Origin: Octopus sinensis
Taxonomy: Eukaryota
DNA: 64,000 nt
Reading direction: 5' to 3'
NCBI RefSeq assembly: GCF_006345805.1
Contig: NC_042997.1
Coordinates: 34,162,001-34,226,000, forward strand
Each line of letters starts with the position of its first letter. Position 1 is the first letter of the stretch. Positions 1-14,342 of the stretch are shown in pieces. Position numbers and translations under genes: made by a program. Below the pieces are notes generated by a model, which saw only the letters and a program-made list of their open reading frames with translations, ran no database searches and was not told the DNA's origin.

Positions 1-270
1 TCTTTAGGTTTACCAAAATATTCAAATATTGAAAATATCTATGGTAATAGGAAAATATAGCCTCCGAGAACTTATTCAATGATGTAGTCCCATATCGGCG
101 AAGGATATTCATGGAGTCTTTAATATACAATTTACATACACGCGTAATTGTATTGTATGGGGGTGCTTCTGCTATTACTGACCAAGATAATGAGTATTGT
201 ATATTAATTTTTCAGTTCAAGTTCTTGTATATAAGAAGCTAGCGTTGTAGAAGATTTATATTTTGCGTTA

Positions 271-272
<2 letters not shown>
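1..272 (-). pseudogene. Penelope-like element C-terminal (GIY-YIG region) fragment, frameshifted
   Basis: Manual minus-strand translation gives KYKSSTTLASYIQELELK/NIQYSLSWSVIAEAPPYNTITRVCKLY...SLNKFSEAIFSYYHR, with one frameshift. This matches the T-x-LS-x-YIW-x-LK...W-x-I...PY...CxLC...LNKRSE...CRH tail of invertebrate PLE ORFs, with the Cys residues decayed. Same protein region as 14343-14555. Confidence 0.6.
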
Positions 273-308
<36 letters not shown>

Positions 309-394
309 TACATACATAAATAAAAGGACAGTCATATAACAGAAAAAAACTACTCATCAATTACCTGTAATACTTCTGTTGGAAATCTATATCT

Positions 395-427
<33 letters not shown>

Positions 428-819
428 TACGGACAGATCGACAGTCTCTATTACACTTGCATTTCTCATCTTTTCTGCTTTGGCTATGCTTAATTCATTC
501 TCTATGACTGCAGTCCTCTAGAACTATTTTCGTTTATTTTATAGAATCGTCTTTAAAAAAAGAATTCAAACTGGGCATTAAAAGTATTCACCTTAACCAT
601 CAGTTTAAAAGAACCATTAAAATCTACGAACATTCTAGAAAAACATATCTCTCTTTAAAATTCTGTGTTACATGGATTATAGACAGTAGCTAGCTGACTA
701 TACATTTTACAGCGACAGCATTTCAAGAATTATTTTTTTTTATCTATATAGTTATGTACATGGTTATGTATACGAGGTTATATTGTTTTACGTAAAAGGT
801 TAATATAGATTTGAATTCA

Positions 820-1160
820 AAGTTGGTGATTGTTCAGCTGTATCATGGCAATGGTGACACTGCAACAGCAGAAAATGCACGTTTATACGAAGTGCCGTAG
901 CTTTCGTAATATATTTTTTTTCCAATTTATGTACCATATCGAGCTTGATTAAACACTTTGAAGAAAATTAAAAGCCATCATAAAAGCCACTCAGCTGGAC
1001 GACCTTCACTTGAAGATGATAGAATTATTGTTGTGAAAGAATCATTAGAAATACTACAAAGTGAAAGTCCATTTTGACATGACAGCACCTCATAAATTTC
1101 ACTTAATACAAGGATTCCATAATGAAGTATTTGCAAGAATTTTGCATTATGACGATTATG
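820..1160 (+). pseudogene. Degenerate Tc1/mariner transposase N-terminus (DUF4817-like HTH)
   Basis: Translated pieces KLVIVQLYHGNGDTATA..., TISSLIKHFEE..., KSHSAGRPSLEDDRIIVVKESLE resemble the IV-x-x-Y-x-x-NG...TI-x-x-L-x-x-KFEE...SGRP motif string. Stops and frameshifts are present. Confidence 0.45.
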
Positions 1161-2039
1161 CAAAACAACAACAACAACAACAACAACAACATATTTAAAA
1201 AAGAAAAAAGACAACAACAAACGACAGCAACAGAAAAAAAAGATAATGGAAAAAATTTTTTTTTGAAACTGAAACAATGTTTTTTTTAAATTTTTTTTTT
1301 TAACTGAAAGGAATACATTTTCAAAAAATTGAACTTTACAACGCTGTTCAAAATTTAGAATGCTGCGCAGTATAGATTACAGAAGGAAAGATAGAATATT
1401 AATAGACTATTTATTATAATAACATAATCAACCCATTGTCGTTGCTTTGATTTTAGTAAATTATGAAGAGTTGAATATTTTGTGGACAATGATAAGAAGC
1501 AAATTAAAAATTGTAATCATATCAGCTTGCTCTGAATATTTGTCACTATGTCTATCTATAGACTGTGACAAACATACATACCGCATAGTGTGGAGTGTCC
1601 TTGGGAACAAAGTTTTCTAATACTAGTACTTACATTTTTCTTTTTACTGTTATTATGTCACAGGTATTATTGTCTTCATTTTGTATGTATTATATTTAAA
1701 ATATATTGATATTAAGTTATTCAAGCTATCCTATTTGCATTACTCTTTTCTAATGCAGTGTCTCTTTCTCAAAATATATCCTGTCTTATCAGTTCTACGT
1801 TCAAAATTTGTATATTTTCTTCCCCTACTACATCTTTCTTTTTTCTCTTAATAATATTCTAATTTTAATGTGGTGGCGTAAGAACTCAACATAAAAATAA
1901 GAGGCGAACAAATATTTGTACATCGATTATCTCTTGTCTTCCATTGTAAACAACCAGGACACTTCAATTAAATCACCGGTACCTATGCATATACCTTTCT
2001 ACATAAAATCGCACAGGCGCATACACACAAGAATATGTA

Positions 2040-2068
2040 TATGTACATATACATAAATATATGTAAAT

Positions 2069-2115
<47 letters not shown>

Positions 2116-2247
2116 GGTACATATATGTCTGTCTGCGAGTGTGTGTATACGTATATGAGCTTCCTAGGTCTCAAATTGCATGCATAAATGTATAAATGTT
2201 GTGTGTGTGTGTGTGTGTGTATATACGTACATACATAGACAATACAG

Positions 2248-2288
<41 letters not shown>

Positions 2289-2766
2289 AATATATACATG
2301 TATATATATATAAATGTATGTATATGTATTTGCATATATGTTTGTAAATATACGTATTTATATACATATATATATATATATACACATACATATAGATATA
2401 TGCATATATGTATAATGTCTATCTCTAAACAATACAAAGATTAAAACCCAAATAAAAACAACAGCAATGAGCTCATACCCCACTCCCCATACACATATAC
2501 ACGTTCATAGTTACACCTAAATTTCAATTCCCCGAATATAGCCTCATAAATATGCATCAACACTCGCACAAATGTATATTAATACCTATTCATATTCAAA
2601 CGCGTACATTTTATCTGATAGAGTTTCCTACCCTCTATCTATGCTCCTTCTCTCTCTCCGTATCTGTGTTTCCCTACGAACACACATAGATACATACATA
2701 CGTACATACATACATACTACATACATACATACATACATACATACATACATACATACATACATACAT

Positions 2767-2821
<55 letters not shown>

Positions 2822-3097
2822 CACGCAAAGACACACATACGAAAAGACACACACACGGATATATATATACCTACAATCATGTGGGAAATATTCTCATGGA
2901 AAATGCTTTTGCACAACTTTTGGATAGACGGTGGTAATGAAACATACTGTATATATATATTATATATATATATGTATATATATATATATAATATATATAT
3001 TATATATATATGTATATATAATACACATGTATATATGTAATTATATATATATGTCTGTTTGTACGTATATACGTAGAAATGAATGTTTGTATGAATG

Positions 3098-3140
<43 letters not shown>

Positions 3141-3222
3141 TATAGATACATATATATAGATAGATAGATAGGTATAGATATATACATATACATATATATA
3201 TATATATATTATATATAATATA

Positions 3223-3282
<60 letters not shown>

Positions 3283-3441
3283 GCTAAAATGTCGTATTGA
3301 CGAGTTTCGTTTTTTACACTTTCCGAAGAGAAGATTGCATTGTTTATACCATTTATTCTTTTGAATAGTATCAGTGGAATTTTTGAAACATGTGTCGAAA
3401 GTAAAAATACTTGTTTAAACCTGCGTTAACTCCATTTTTAT

Positions 3442-3530
<89 letters not shown>
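2040..3530. repeat. Cluster of (CA)n, (TA)n and (TACA)n microsatellites
   Basis: Directly visible. Includes a near-pure (TA)n run at about 3445-3528. Confidence 0.95.
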
Positions 3531-3532
<2 letters not shown>

Positions 3533-3747
3533 GGCTGAATAAAGTATACAATATATTGAGACTAAAAGAAAGGAATACTTAGAGAGAAGCGGAGAGTGCG
3601 AAATATCGGAAGGGTGGGAACAATGGAGAGTTGGTTTATGGGTGAGAACTAAAAGATATTTGATTTCTAGGTAAGTGACTAGAACCAGGGTAAGGGGCTA
3701 AGTAAATTTAGAGAAGGACCGTATTCAATTTGTTGAAGGCATGATTA

Positions 3748-3780
3748 TATTGAGTTGACCAAAAAGTCCGTTCGGTTTTT
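3748..3780 (+). mobile_element. Solo mariner-like terminal inverted repeat
   Basis: TATTGAGTTGACCAAAAAGTCCGTTCGGTTTTT resembles mariner TIRs (TATTGGGTTGGCCAAAAAGTTCGTTCGG type). No convincing partner end found. Confidence 0.35.
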
Positions 3781-5287
3781 GTCGACGTTAAACTACAAGC
3801 ACTCTAATGAATTGTTGAATTGACAGACGTCCAAGAATATGTAAAAATTCACCCGGAAGGAAGGGATTTATCCACAAGATATGACGCAAAACGGTTGAAT
3901 ATTTCGTTTTGTGTCTAAACCCAATGCTTTTAAAGAATTTGGATGATAACTCGGTAATGAAATATCACCTACATAAAAGCTAGGAAAGGGGAAAATGATT
4001 TTTGTGTAGAAATTTTAAGATAATAGTTATTTGGTATACTACTATTTAAAAACTTGGGAACAATAATGACCAAGAGGTGGTTTCACATTCTTCAAAATCC
4101 AGGGTCTCACTATCAGATGCAGTTGCACCTGTCAGGTTTCCAACTATGAGATGTATGTAACGTTGAAATTATGGGATGTGCATTGTGGATGTCAACTATT
4201 TCGGTAGATGAACTTTTTGAGTCACTACAAAAAAAAAAAAACAACAAAAAAACAAAAAAAACATTAGTAGATGCTGAGCAGATGAAAAGACAACAAAGTG
4301 TCAACGGCTAGGACCAATCAGATCAAATAGCGAATTATTTCTAGTATTTGTGGCCGTAACGCAGATGAGATATTGCCGCGAGGGAAAAACCAAAGTGACT
4401 AAAACCAGAGCCCAGACGTTCATGCCGCATCGCTCGATCGTGATATCTGTATGGAAGTGTAGCATTGGTCTGGGTAAGTCTTCTAACCGGTTGATGATGA
4501 TTATTTAAGGTGTTTGGAAGAAAAGGAGTGAATTTAAATCTTAAATTCAATTGATTGTAAAAGCGAAATATAGATATAACCAAAGGTAAAGAGTAAGGTA
4601 AAATATGTTAGATTTGACGGGATTTTGTAGGTGACCTAACAAAGTAGTGTAAAATCGTACTAATTTCAGTAATGTTGTTAGGTAGCAAATTGTTAATTGA
4701 AATATTTCATTAAGTTATAGGCAACGATGCTGTTATATTGTGAAGGAATAGTAAAAATCGAAATAGCTAAAGAGAATGAAACTATAATATTTAAATACAA
4801 CGAGGAAAAGTGAAATCTGCTTCTATAAAAATTTTGATGATCATGAAAAAATAATTACCATCTGCTATTTCTTCAAATATAAGGAGATTTTATTTAAAAA
4901 AATATTTGAGTATTTACAATGATTAGGGAGAAAGGAGAAGTGTGAATTCCAGTAGGAAATAAGATAAAAGGAAATTAGGCATTTTAATGAAATATAGGTA
5001 ACTTAAAATGAATACATTAAAATGACTAAGAGGTTATTATTAATTTACTTTATTGCGACACTGAAATTGTGTTATAAAGAATCGCTAACGATGCTGAAGT
5101 AATGTAAGATATACAGTAAAAAATAAGCTCAAATATTCTCTTCGTTAGCTGTGAGGTTAAAATAAGACGATGAAATTGGAAGGAAATGGACAAAAGTGCT
5201 CGTTGGTAGAATCCTCTGTTTGCAAAAGTAACAGGCTTCCGATATTTAAGTGATTTAAATTTTTCGCAGCATTTTGCAGAACGGAGT

Positions 5288-6062
<775 letters not shown>

Positions 6063-6334
6063 CTAACTTGTAGCAAATTTTGAAAACTAGATAATCTCTA
6101 AACTAACATTAACTAAAATATATTTTTGCATTTTATTTTATTTTATTTCATGCTTCTTTCTATTCTTCAATACATCACATTTGATATTACGGTTTAAATT
6201 CGCTCTTTTTTTCTTCAAACGCTTGAAATAATTTAAATATTAACTATATAATAACAGCAATATTAAAAATTATTAGCATAAAAGAAATTATTCCATTTCA
6301 CTAATTTTTCTGCAGGCGGCATATCTCGACGAAT

Positions 6335-6350
6335 GCATTATTATTATTAC

Positions 6351-6393
<43 letters not shown>

Positions 6394-6457
6394 GTTATTG
6401 TTATTGTTGTTGTTGTTGTCGTTATTATTATTATCATTATTATCATCATCATCATCA

Positions 6458-6527
<70 letters not shown>

Positions 6528-6545
6528 CATTATTATTATATTATT

Positions 6546-6577
<32 letters not shown>

Positions 6578-6679
6578 CATTATTATTATCATTATTATTA
6601 TTATATTATTATATTATTATCATTATTATTATTATTACCATTATTATTATTATTATTATTGTTATTGTTATTATTATTA

Positions 6680-6715
<36 letters not shown>

Positions 6716-6740
6716 GTTATGTTATTATTATTATTATTAC

Positions 6741-6801
<61 letters not shown>

Positions 6802-6803
6802 GT
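6335..6803. repeat. Compound (ATT)n/(ATC)n/(GTT)n trinucleotide array
   Basis: Directly visible. Confidence 0.97.
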
Positions 6804-7203
6804 TTGAATTTAACTTTTTGATCCAGTGTAAACTTTATAAATATTTCAAATTAATTGTCTCTCGACATTATTTTTTAAATTAACAAGTTGTTATAGTTCT
6901 TGTAGCTAATTGAGAAGACGCTTCGCTGAACTGTTATATACGGTTTCCTCCACTTCGTTACTTCATTTCTTCCTTGCTATAATCTCTTTACACCTATCTT
7001 CTTACCTCCCACTAAATATAAGCATTCAAGCATGTTTGCGTGTGTGTGTATCTTTCTACCTATTATATATATGTAGATAGGTACATACATAATACGCATA
7101 TAATTATGTATGTATATATGTATATTCATTTATGTACAGCTCTATATATACATATATTCAGGATTAAATAAAAAAACAACAAACGAAAAATATGACATAC
7201 CTG

Positions 7204-7273
<70 letters not shown>

Positions 7274-7615
7274 GAGGGAATATTATTCCAAACTTACAGG
7301 GAAAAATTCAATTTAGAAATGCTAAATCAAATTTCACAAAATAGAATATATATATATATATTTATATAAAATTAGAAAAAAACACTTTTTATCAATTCAA
7401 TAATGAAAAATTAAATTATACTATTTAGAAAAAATACATATTATAGAAAGATTAGATATAAGATTAAACATATAATAACGATTAAGTAATGTGCAAAATA
7501 ATAAAGAAAACGTATATATTTGGTATATATATATACACCCGTATCTCTTTACACTTACCTTTGTTTTTACCTTTACAAATATGCTTATTTATATGTATAT
7601 ATGTATGTATGAAAA

Positions 7616-7666
<51 letters not shown>

Positions 7667-7768
7667 ACACATATAATTTTATATGCAATACTTATATAAT
7701 TATGCATATACATAGACGTATATACAAACATACACTCACACACATACGCAAACATATGAATATTCACT

Positions 7769-7809
<41 letters not shown>

Positions 7810-8522
7810 ATAGAAACTCACATATACACTAGTATTTCCACGTGCTTACTCCTACATACTGAATGCAACGGAAGAAAATCTGAAGGAAAATCTCACTATT
7901 CAGGCTGAGAGAATCAGAAACTGATATGGAAGGTGTCAAGTTTTTTTTTTTTTTTTACTTTCCCATTCGCTACTACTGTCCATTAAATCACGATATTGTG
8001 GCTGACATACATAACTATCTAAAATTTGGTATTGGGAGAGTTTTTCTTTTACTTTTGTTTCTAATACTTTAGAAAAAGAAATACATCATATCCTGCTCCA
8101 TTCTTCGCTATTCGCTTATTTTAGCGATATAAGGAAAATATATAATGAAGAAAGTTAGAGACGATATTAGGCTGAAACTAGATCTCAAAAAGAAATATGA
8201 TTTCATTGCAGCTAGCTGTCACTTGCGAGTGAGTGTGGTTTGGTAATTGTTTTAGGTGTCTATGTCGTTTCCGACAGACATATATACCCTCTAGGCCCTT
8301 TCCTTCTGACCCTGTAGCTCATTAGGACTTTCTGTGTAACAACTAGAGAGAGAAAGAAAGCCGCACCATCTATCACCAGGTTGGTAATCATTACAGCTGA
8401 GTAAAGTGGGGTTACTTGAAGGGAACTGAAAGGACTAGGAACTTTGCCTAACGGATTTTGCCCTCATGGCCTTATGGTATGAGCCCGACACAACAACGGG
8501 TCTACGAAACTCCACAATCAGA

Positions 8523-8629
8523 TTTTAATACATAATGTGTATGTACTTATAGAGACAGAGAATGAGAGAGTTGGAAAGTAAGAGAATAGGAGAGTGAGAA
8601 AGAATTTCTTAGAACGAGTGAATTATTGA
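8523..8629 (+). repeat. 107-bp segment, left arm of an inverted repeat with 12349-12455
   Basis: Its reverse complement matches 12349-12455 with 2 mismatches (manual alignment). Confidence 0.9.
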
Positions 8630-8922
8630 GCTAACGTGGAAGTATCTTCGTGATTACCCTTCACCAAAAAAATAACAAAAGAAAATAACCCCCCCCCCCA
8701 AAAAAAATCCCCCCCAAAACAGAAAGGAAAGCAGTCATATCTCTTTCAAATCCCATTCTATCGTTTTAAATAAGGAGATACATATTGGCTGATACAATCT
8801 AAAAAAGTGACTACTGGTTTGCTCGATGTGAATGACAACAGCAACAACAACAACAATAACAACAATAACAATAACAACAACAACAACAATAAGAACAATA
8901 ACAACAACAATAATAACAATGG

Positions 8923-9307
8923 AAGCAATCCGTCGTTTCCGACGACGAGGGTTCCGGTTGATCCGAATCAACGGAACAGCCTGCTCGTGAAATGAACGTG
9001 TAAGTGGCTGAGCACTCCACAGACACGTGTACCCTTAACGTAGTTCTCGGGGATATTCAGCGTGAAACAGGGAGTGACAAGGCCGGCCCCTTGAAATACA
9101 GGTACAACAGAAACAGGAAGTAAGAGTGAGAGAAAGTTGTGGTGAAAGAGTACAGCAGGGATCACCACCATCCCCTGCCGGAGCCTCGTGGAGCTTTTTT
9201 AGGTGTTTTCGCTCAATAAACACTCACAACGCCCAGTCTGGGAATCGAAACCGCGATCCTATGACCGCGAGTCCGCTGCCCTAACCACTGGGCCATTGCG
9301 CCTCCAC
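8923..9307 (-). mobile_element. tRNA-head SINE, family A
   Basis: Near-identical to the copies at 18339 and 27360. Head GGAGGCGCAATGGCCCAGTGGTTAGG (A box) ... GGTTTCGATTCCC (B box). Flanked by an (AAC/AAT)n tract. Confidence 0.85.
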
Positions 9308-11651
9308 AATAATAACAATAACAACGTCGAGGTTTAAGCTTCAGACAATCAGCATTTCTATCTAACCATATACTCGGCTCTGTAGACGATGCTTATGATA
9401 ATGATAATATCAACATTGCATTATTATCTTCATATTTGTACAGACCGATATCATAATCATGATCACCATCGTAACCATGACGATCATTCTAATGACAATA
9501 ATCATCATAGTCATCTGGTAGCGTTCTCCTCTGAAAGCTAGTACTTTCTAAGTTAATTACTTTTAGATCTAGTTTAGTTTGTATAAATAATATTTCAGAG
9601 CACTTTGACAATATATTCGTTTGTTTGTTTGTTTGTTTCAGATACGTTTCTGGTTTCCATCTCTCAGTAGTTTCTGAATATCCATTTCAAAGTTATTTTT
9701 CAGAAAGTTTTCCATTTTATCTATGTTTGATTTCTTACTTACCAGAGGGGGAAAACTTCATCAGTATTTGTGAAAATCAAGAATTTTTTACTCTACGATA
9801 ATGTCCGTTATATTTGCCGTGTTGTGTCCATAACCAGAATCGCTTATTTATGGCTCTAAATACATTCTGTCCGTGGAAACCAATTACCACAGTTATGTGA
9901 CTACAGAGCATTATAATTGAGATTGTTTCAGTTTGCAGTTCATTAGTTAACAATTAGTTTCATGAAAATTGTATTAAGATGCATTTCGATATCAAGCCAA
10001 TAACAGATTAATCCCCAGTTCTCTTATTGTTTCCAGTATCTGGTCTGGTTCATATCACCAGTGATATTAAGTAACCTATACAGATATTGATATTGGACGT
10101 TGTGGATTTACAGATTTTAGTGTAGACGTTGTTATCCTCCAGTTCACTTTTTGTGTATATATTTCGCGTATATAGTCAGGTGATCGAAAACTCGAACGTA
10201 TTCTAATGAGGTTTATGTATAATAAACATTTAAAATATAGCTTCCTTTCTCCGTGGATTGATTAACTGGTCAGATTTAGTAAGCTAGCGTAACACACACA
10301 AACACACAAGAACTTAAATAGCACATATTTCTCATAATACATTGCAGGGAAGCAATACCACTAAGTTGAAATCGTATATTTAACCGTGCTTGCATGCAGC
10401 GTCCTTTTATAAAGACAGCTTAATATAACACTTCTTTGTCAATTTTGTGTTTAGCTCATTTCTCAGTTTGTGTGTATTTTTTCTCTTCGCAGTTTATTTT
10501 TCTATAAGGTGTGTGTTTTCTGAGATTTATGTTGTTAGGATGTTTGCATTTTCTAATGCTTGCATGATTACTGGGCTTGTTTCATATAGACATTGTTTTA
10601 ACTTCTTTATGTATGAAATTGTAAACCTTTTTGTTGCATTTTCATGTTGTAATACTAAGTTGTTTTTAGAGGCTATTTTGGGATGTTAGTGTCTAGACCA
10701 ACTGTGAATGTTTTTGTAGATTGATGCACCAAGATCAAATAAATGGATACAATCATTTAGAAATGAATAGTTTAAATAGCACCAAAAGAAACAAACAGAT
10801 ACCAACAAAAGAAGCAAAAAAAAAATGCAAAAGATAAAATTAGACACAAAATATAAAATGCAACACAACACAACTATACCAACACGAACAAAGGCAAGGT
10901 TTAAGATTTAAAACAAGGTGTTGTAAAAGACGACACGAATACGTGTCGGTTCTCCACTGTGATCAGAACCACAATGACTTTAAGCAGATAAACAACTAAA
11001 GACCCAAAGATCATCGCCAGTATTCTTACACGGCTTTCAATTTATTATACAGAAGCTGTGTTTTTATAACAGTGACAGTTTCCAACTTATTTTTAGTATC
11101 TCATTCACGCTTTAGAATCAATCTCAGCCAATGGATGTATTCAATTCAGTCTTTTTTTTTATTTCATTTTTATTTGATTTGATGTATCTAACTAGCCTGA
11201 CTAACTGCTACTTCTAGTTCTATATTCTTTAGTTGATTTCGTCCACCAACTTTATTTATTTTTGACTTGCGGCAAAGTGACTTTGGCGTATTTACGAATA
11301 GTAAATTATATAGCAATAAGAGAAATGATTGTTTACGAATAGTAACTGTGAAAGAGTACGAACCACCAATTCTCGATTGCGTGTCTAGTACGTTTCCAGT
11401 CACCTAAACAAAACCACTATGTCTATGAATGAAACATTCAAATACAAAATCAAACAAACTTCTTACTTGTATATAGGCACAGTTGGTGGTTATACCTCAT
11501 CACTCTAATCGAGGAATGTTTCCTTATACTGTGTTCGAATCTTTTGACTCCTTTGCAAGATAGGATCAGAATGTACCTCTACCAGTGTGACTTGTCCTAC
11601 ATGAAGGTTTATTATAAGTATTATTTTCTCTCTCTGTTTATTTCTGTGTTC

Positions 11652-11687
11652 CTTTCTGCTGAAGAGCGTAGGCTCGAAACGTAAAAG
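11652..11687 (+). ncRNA. Minimal hammerhead-like motif (variant core)
   Basis: CTTT-CTGCTGA-A-GAGC gtag GCTC-GAAA-CG-TA-AAAG. Helix I is 4 bp, helix II 4 bp, helix III the palindromic ACGT. A6 is replaced by C. Confidence 0.5.
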
Positions 11688-12348
11688 ACTTTCTTACTTC
11701 CCGAGCGTTAAACATCTGTTTGTTGTTTACACACTCGTCTTCGTCTTATATTTTGTATGAAGGAAAACTATACTATTCAATAATTATCAGCTCTGTCTAG
11801 AAACACAGCTATAAACTTGGCAAAAGGCTGTTGTGATTCATATGCCTTTCTCAAGGACATATGTAAGTTAACTGAATTCAACTAATGAATTAGAAAGCGT
11901 GTTCAGAATAAAGCTACTTTTTATTCTAAGTTACTTTTTATTTACAGAAGTATTATTCATTTGCTCTTTATCGAAGCTAACTTTAACTTTCAGACAGTAA
12001 ATAAATTACATTGAGAAGCTATACAACTAATACATTTCGTATCTTTCTTTCTATTTATTTTTTTACTGTAAAAAGTCATACAATAATTAATTAAAATAAG
12101 ATTGAAAGAAATTGCATCCTATGTTTTCCTGATTAGCAGAATAGGTATTAATTTGAAGCAACAATATGCAAAACTTGCTCTTACAGGGCCAATAAAACAC
12201 TCGTAAATATATTCAGGAGGAATTGTTTACAATATAATTGTTATTAAGACTAGAAACGACAGACAACAGATTGTCGTTAAAATAATGACAGTTTCTGTTA
12301 AACTGGTGGAGCGAGAATTTTTATATAACAGCCGAAAGCAAAACATCA

Positions 12349-12455
12349 TCAATAATTCACTCGTTCTAAGACATTCTTTCTCACTCTCCTATTCTCTTAC
12401 TTTCCAACTCTCTCATTCTCTGTCTATATAAGTACATACACATTATGTATTAAAA
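12349..12455 (-). repeat. 107-bp segment, right arm of an inverted repeat with 8523-8629
   Basis: See 8523-8629. Confidence 0.9.
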
Positions 12456-12908
12456 TAAATACTGAAATACACGTTCTCTTTCTCGTCCGCTTCTTCTCCT
12501 TCTTTCACTTTATGATTTACACAGACACATCAAGACAGTTTCGAATATCATTATAATATAATGATTTCTGCTGATTAGTTACGAAGCTAACTTTTTTTTT
12601 GGAAAGAGTATAATTTTATCAGTTGTGACAGGATGTTAATGATACTTTTTGCCACCGACTGAACACTATTGAAAGGGTCGAACGATATGGGCATGATTTG
12701 AACTCGGAACATACCGAAATGTAGTTACCAAGGTGATTTGAAAGGTTAAGTGGATCTCAGCATGGAACGAACGAAACAAACTACGAAGTGGATAAGCCAA
12801 GAGACTGGAATCGAAAAAAATGAAATTATGTGATTATATATTGGAAAACATTATTTTGTATTAATCTCTCTCATTATGCACACACACACACACGCACATA
12901 CACACACG

Positions 12909-12943
<35 letters not shown>

Positions 12944-12954
12944 ACACACACACA

Positions 12955-12987
<33 letters not shown>

Positions 12988-13092
12988 GAATCAAATCAAA
13001 TAAACGAGTATTAAAATTAAGAATTAACAAACAAGTGGACGTGCGACGTGCACATGGAATGAATTAGTTTGACGCTCGGTAATAAGAGGATG

Positions 13093-13128
13093 TTTCTGAC
13101 GTTTCTAGCTTGGCTCTTCGTCAGAAAA
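13093..13128 (-). ncRNA. Minimal hammerhead-like motif, related to the 11.7-kb family
   Basis: Minus strand reads TTTT-CTGACGA-A-GAGC caa GCTA-GAAA-CG-TC-AGAA. The core is intact and the base of helix II is mismatched. The downstream CCGAGCGT(C/T)AAAC is shared with the 11.7-kb copy. Confidence 0.5.
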
Positions 13129-13659
13129 GAAAACGGAAAAGTCCAAAGAAGGAAGAAAAACTCCAACAGCAGGTGTGTAGTTACATACACAGACATGCAT
13201 ACACACATGTATATGTATGTGACAGCAGCCAGATGCGATTTACCGACATTACAATCAGTTATCTAGCGCCATAGAGACTGATGAATTGCTGACACATGTA
13301 TGTGTGTGTGTGCGTGTGCGTGTGTATAGGCATATTAAGTATATACCCATAATTATCTATATCTGTTTGTAGAAATACGTATATTTTCGTATGTTTATTC
13401 GTATACCATAAGACTTCTGTTAATACCCACTTTCATGTTAGCACTTTGATATCTACACTCTTATCTCAATATATTTTGAGCCATGCAGTTGCATATTTTC
13501 GCATATTTTTATGTTTTGACTATCAAGACTATAAGTCATTTTTAATGAAGTTACATTTGCATCCATTAAAAATAACGTGAATAAATTAATTGACGGTCAA
13601 TGTTTTCCAAATTAGAATAACGAGATTCACGTTGAAATCGCGCTATAGTATTGCTTTTA

Positions 13660-13870
13660 AATTTTGGCACAAGGGTCAATAGTTTCAGAAGAGGGAGTAA
13701 GTCGATGAAGTCAACGCCAGTGCTCAACTGATACTTCTTTTAGCGACCCCGAAGGGATGAAAGACAGAGTCGAACTCGGTGGAATTTGAATCCAGAACGT
13801 AAAGACAGACGAAATGCCGCTAAGTATGTAGCCCTGTGCGGTGACGATTTTGCTCGCTTGTCGCTTTACA
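13660..13870 (-). mobile_element. SINE family B, diverged copy
   Basis: Contains GACCCCGAAGGGATGAAAGACAGAGTCGAACTCGGTGGAATTTGAATCCAGAACG, homologous to the copies at 31263 and 44393. Confidence 0.75.
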
Positions 13871-14342
13871 ATCGCGCTGAAATTTTAAAAGTATATTTTA
13901 AAGCAGCGAGCTGACATAATCATTAAGTACGCCGCGCAAAACGCAAAAAGAACGTCCTGAATTAAAATTCATCGAGATCGACTTTGCCTTTTATCCTTTA
14001 GCGGTCGTTAAAATAAGTACATTCCTCCTCCGAAGTTGTTGGCTTTGTGCCAAAATTACCGTTAATACCTTTTTTTTATATGTACAGATTTACATAGACC
14101 CACACATGTTTCAACTCCATCGATTAGTAACCGTTGGAATTGCAACCCTACTATAATACCGGTGCACTTACTTCAGGGTCTTTACTTTAATATTCTTTGA
14201 TTTAACTGTTTAAAGTTTTTCGTTTATCAACTCTGCATCGTATGATGTAGAGTTGTTCGTTAATTTAGACGCGAACTATCTTCGATTCAAGTTTTCATTG
14301 AATAATCAAAAGTTTAATGTTTATTATTTAACTGTTTAATAT

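Noticed and set aside
3290-3335. GAAACTCGTC motif on minus, hammerhead-like
   Set aside because: The upstream sequence CTTCGGAAAG does not fit CUGANGA, and helices I and II do not form.
4050-4600. Possible LINE endonuclease remnant (NNHHQ..TQTN..YRYHDR)
   Set aside because: The similarity is too weak to call without a profile search.
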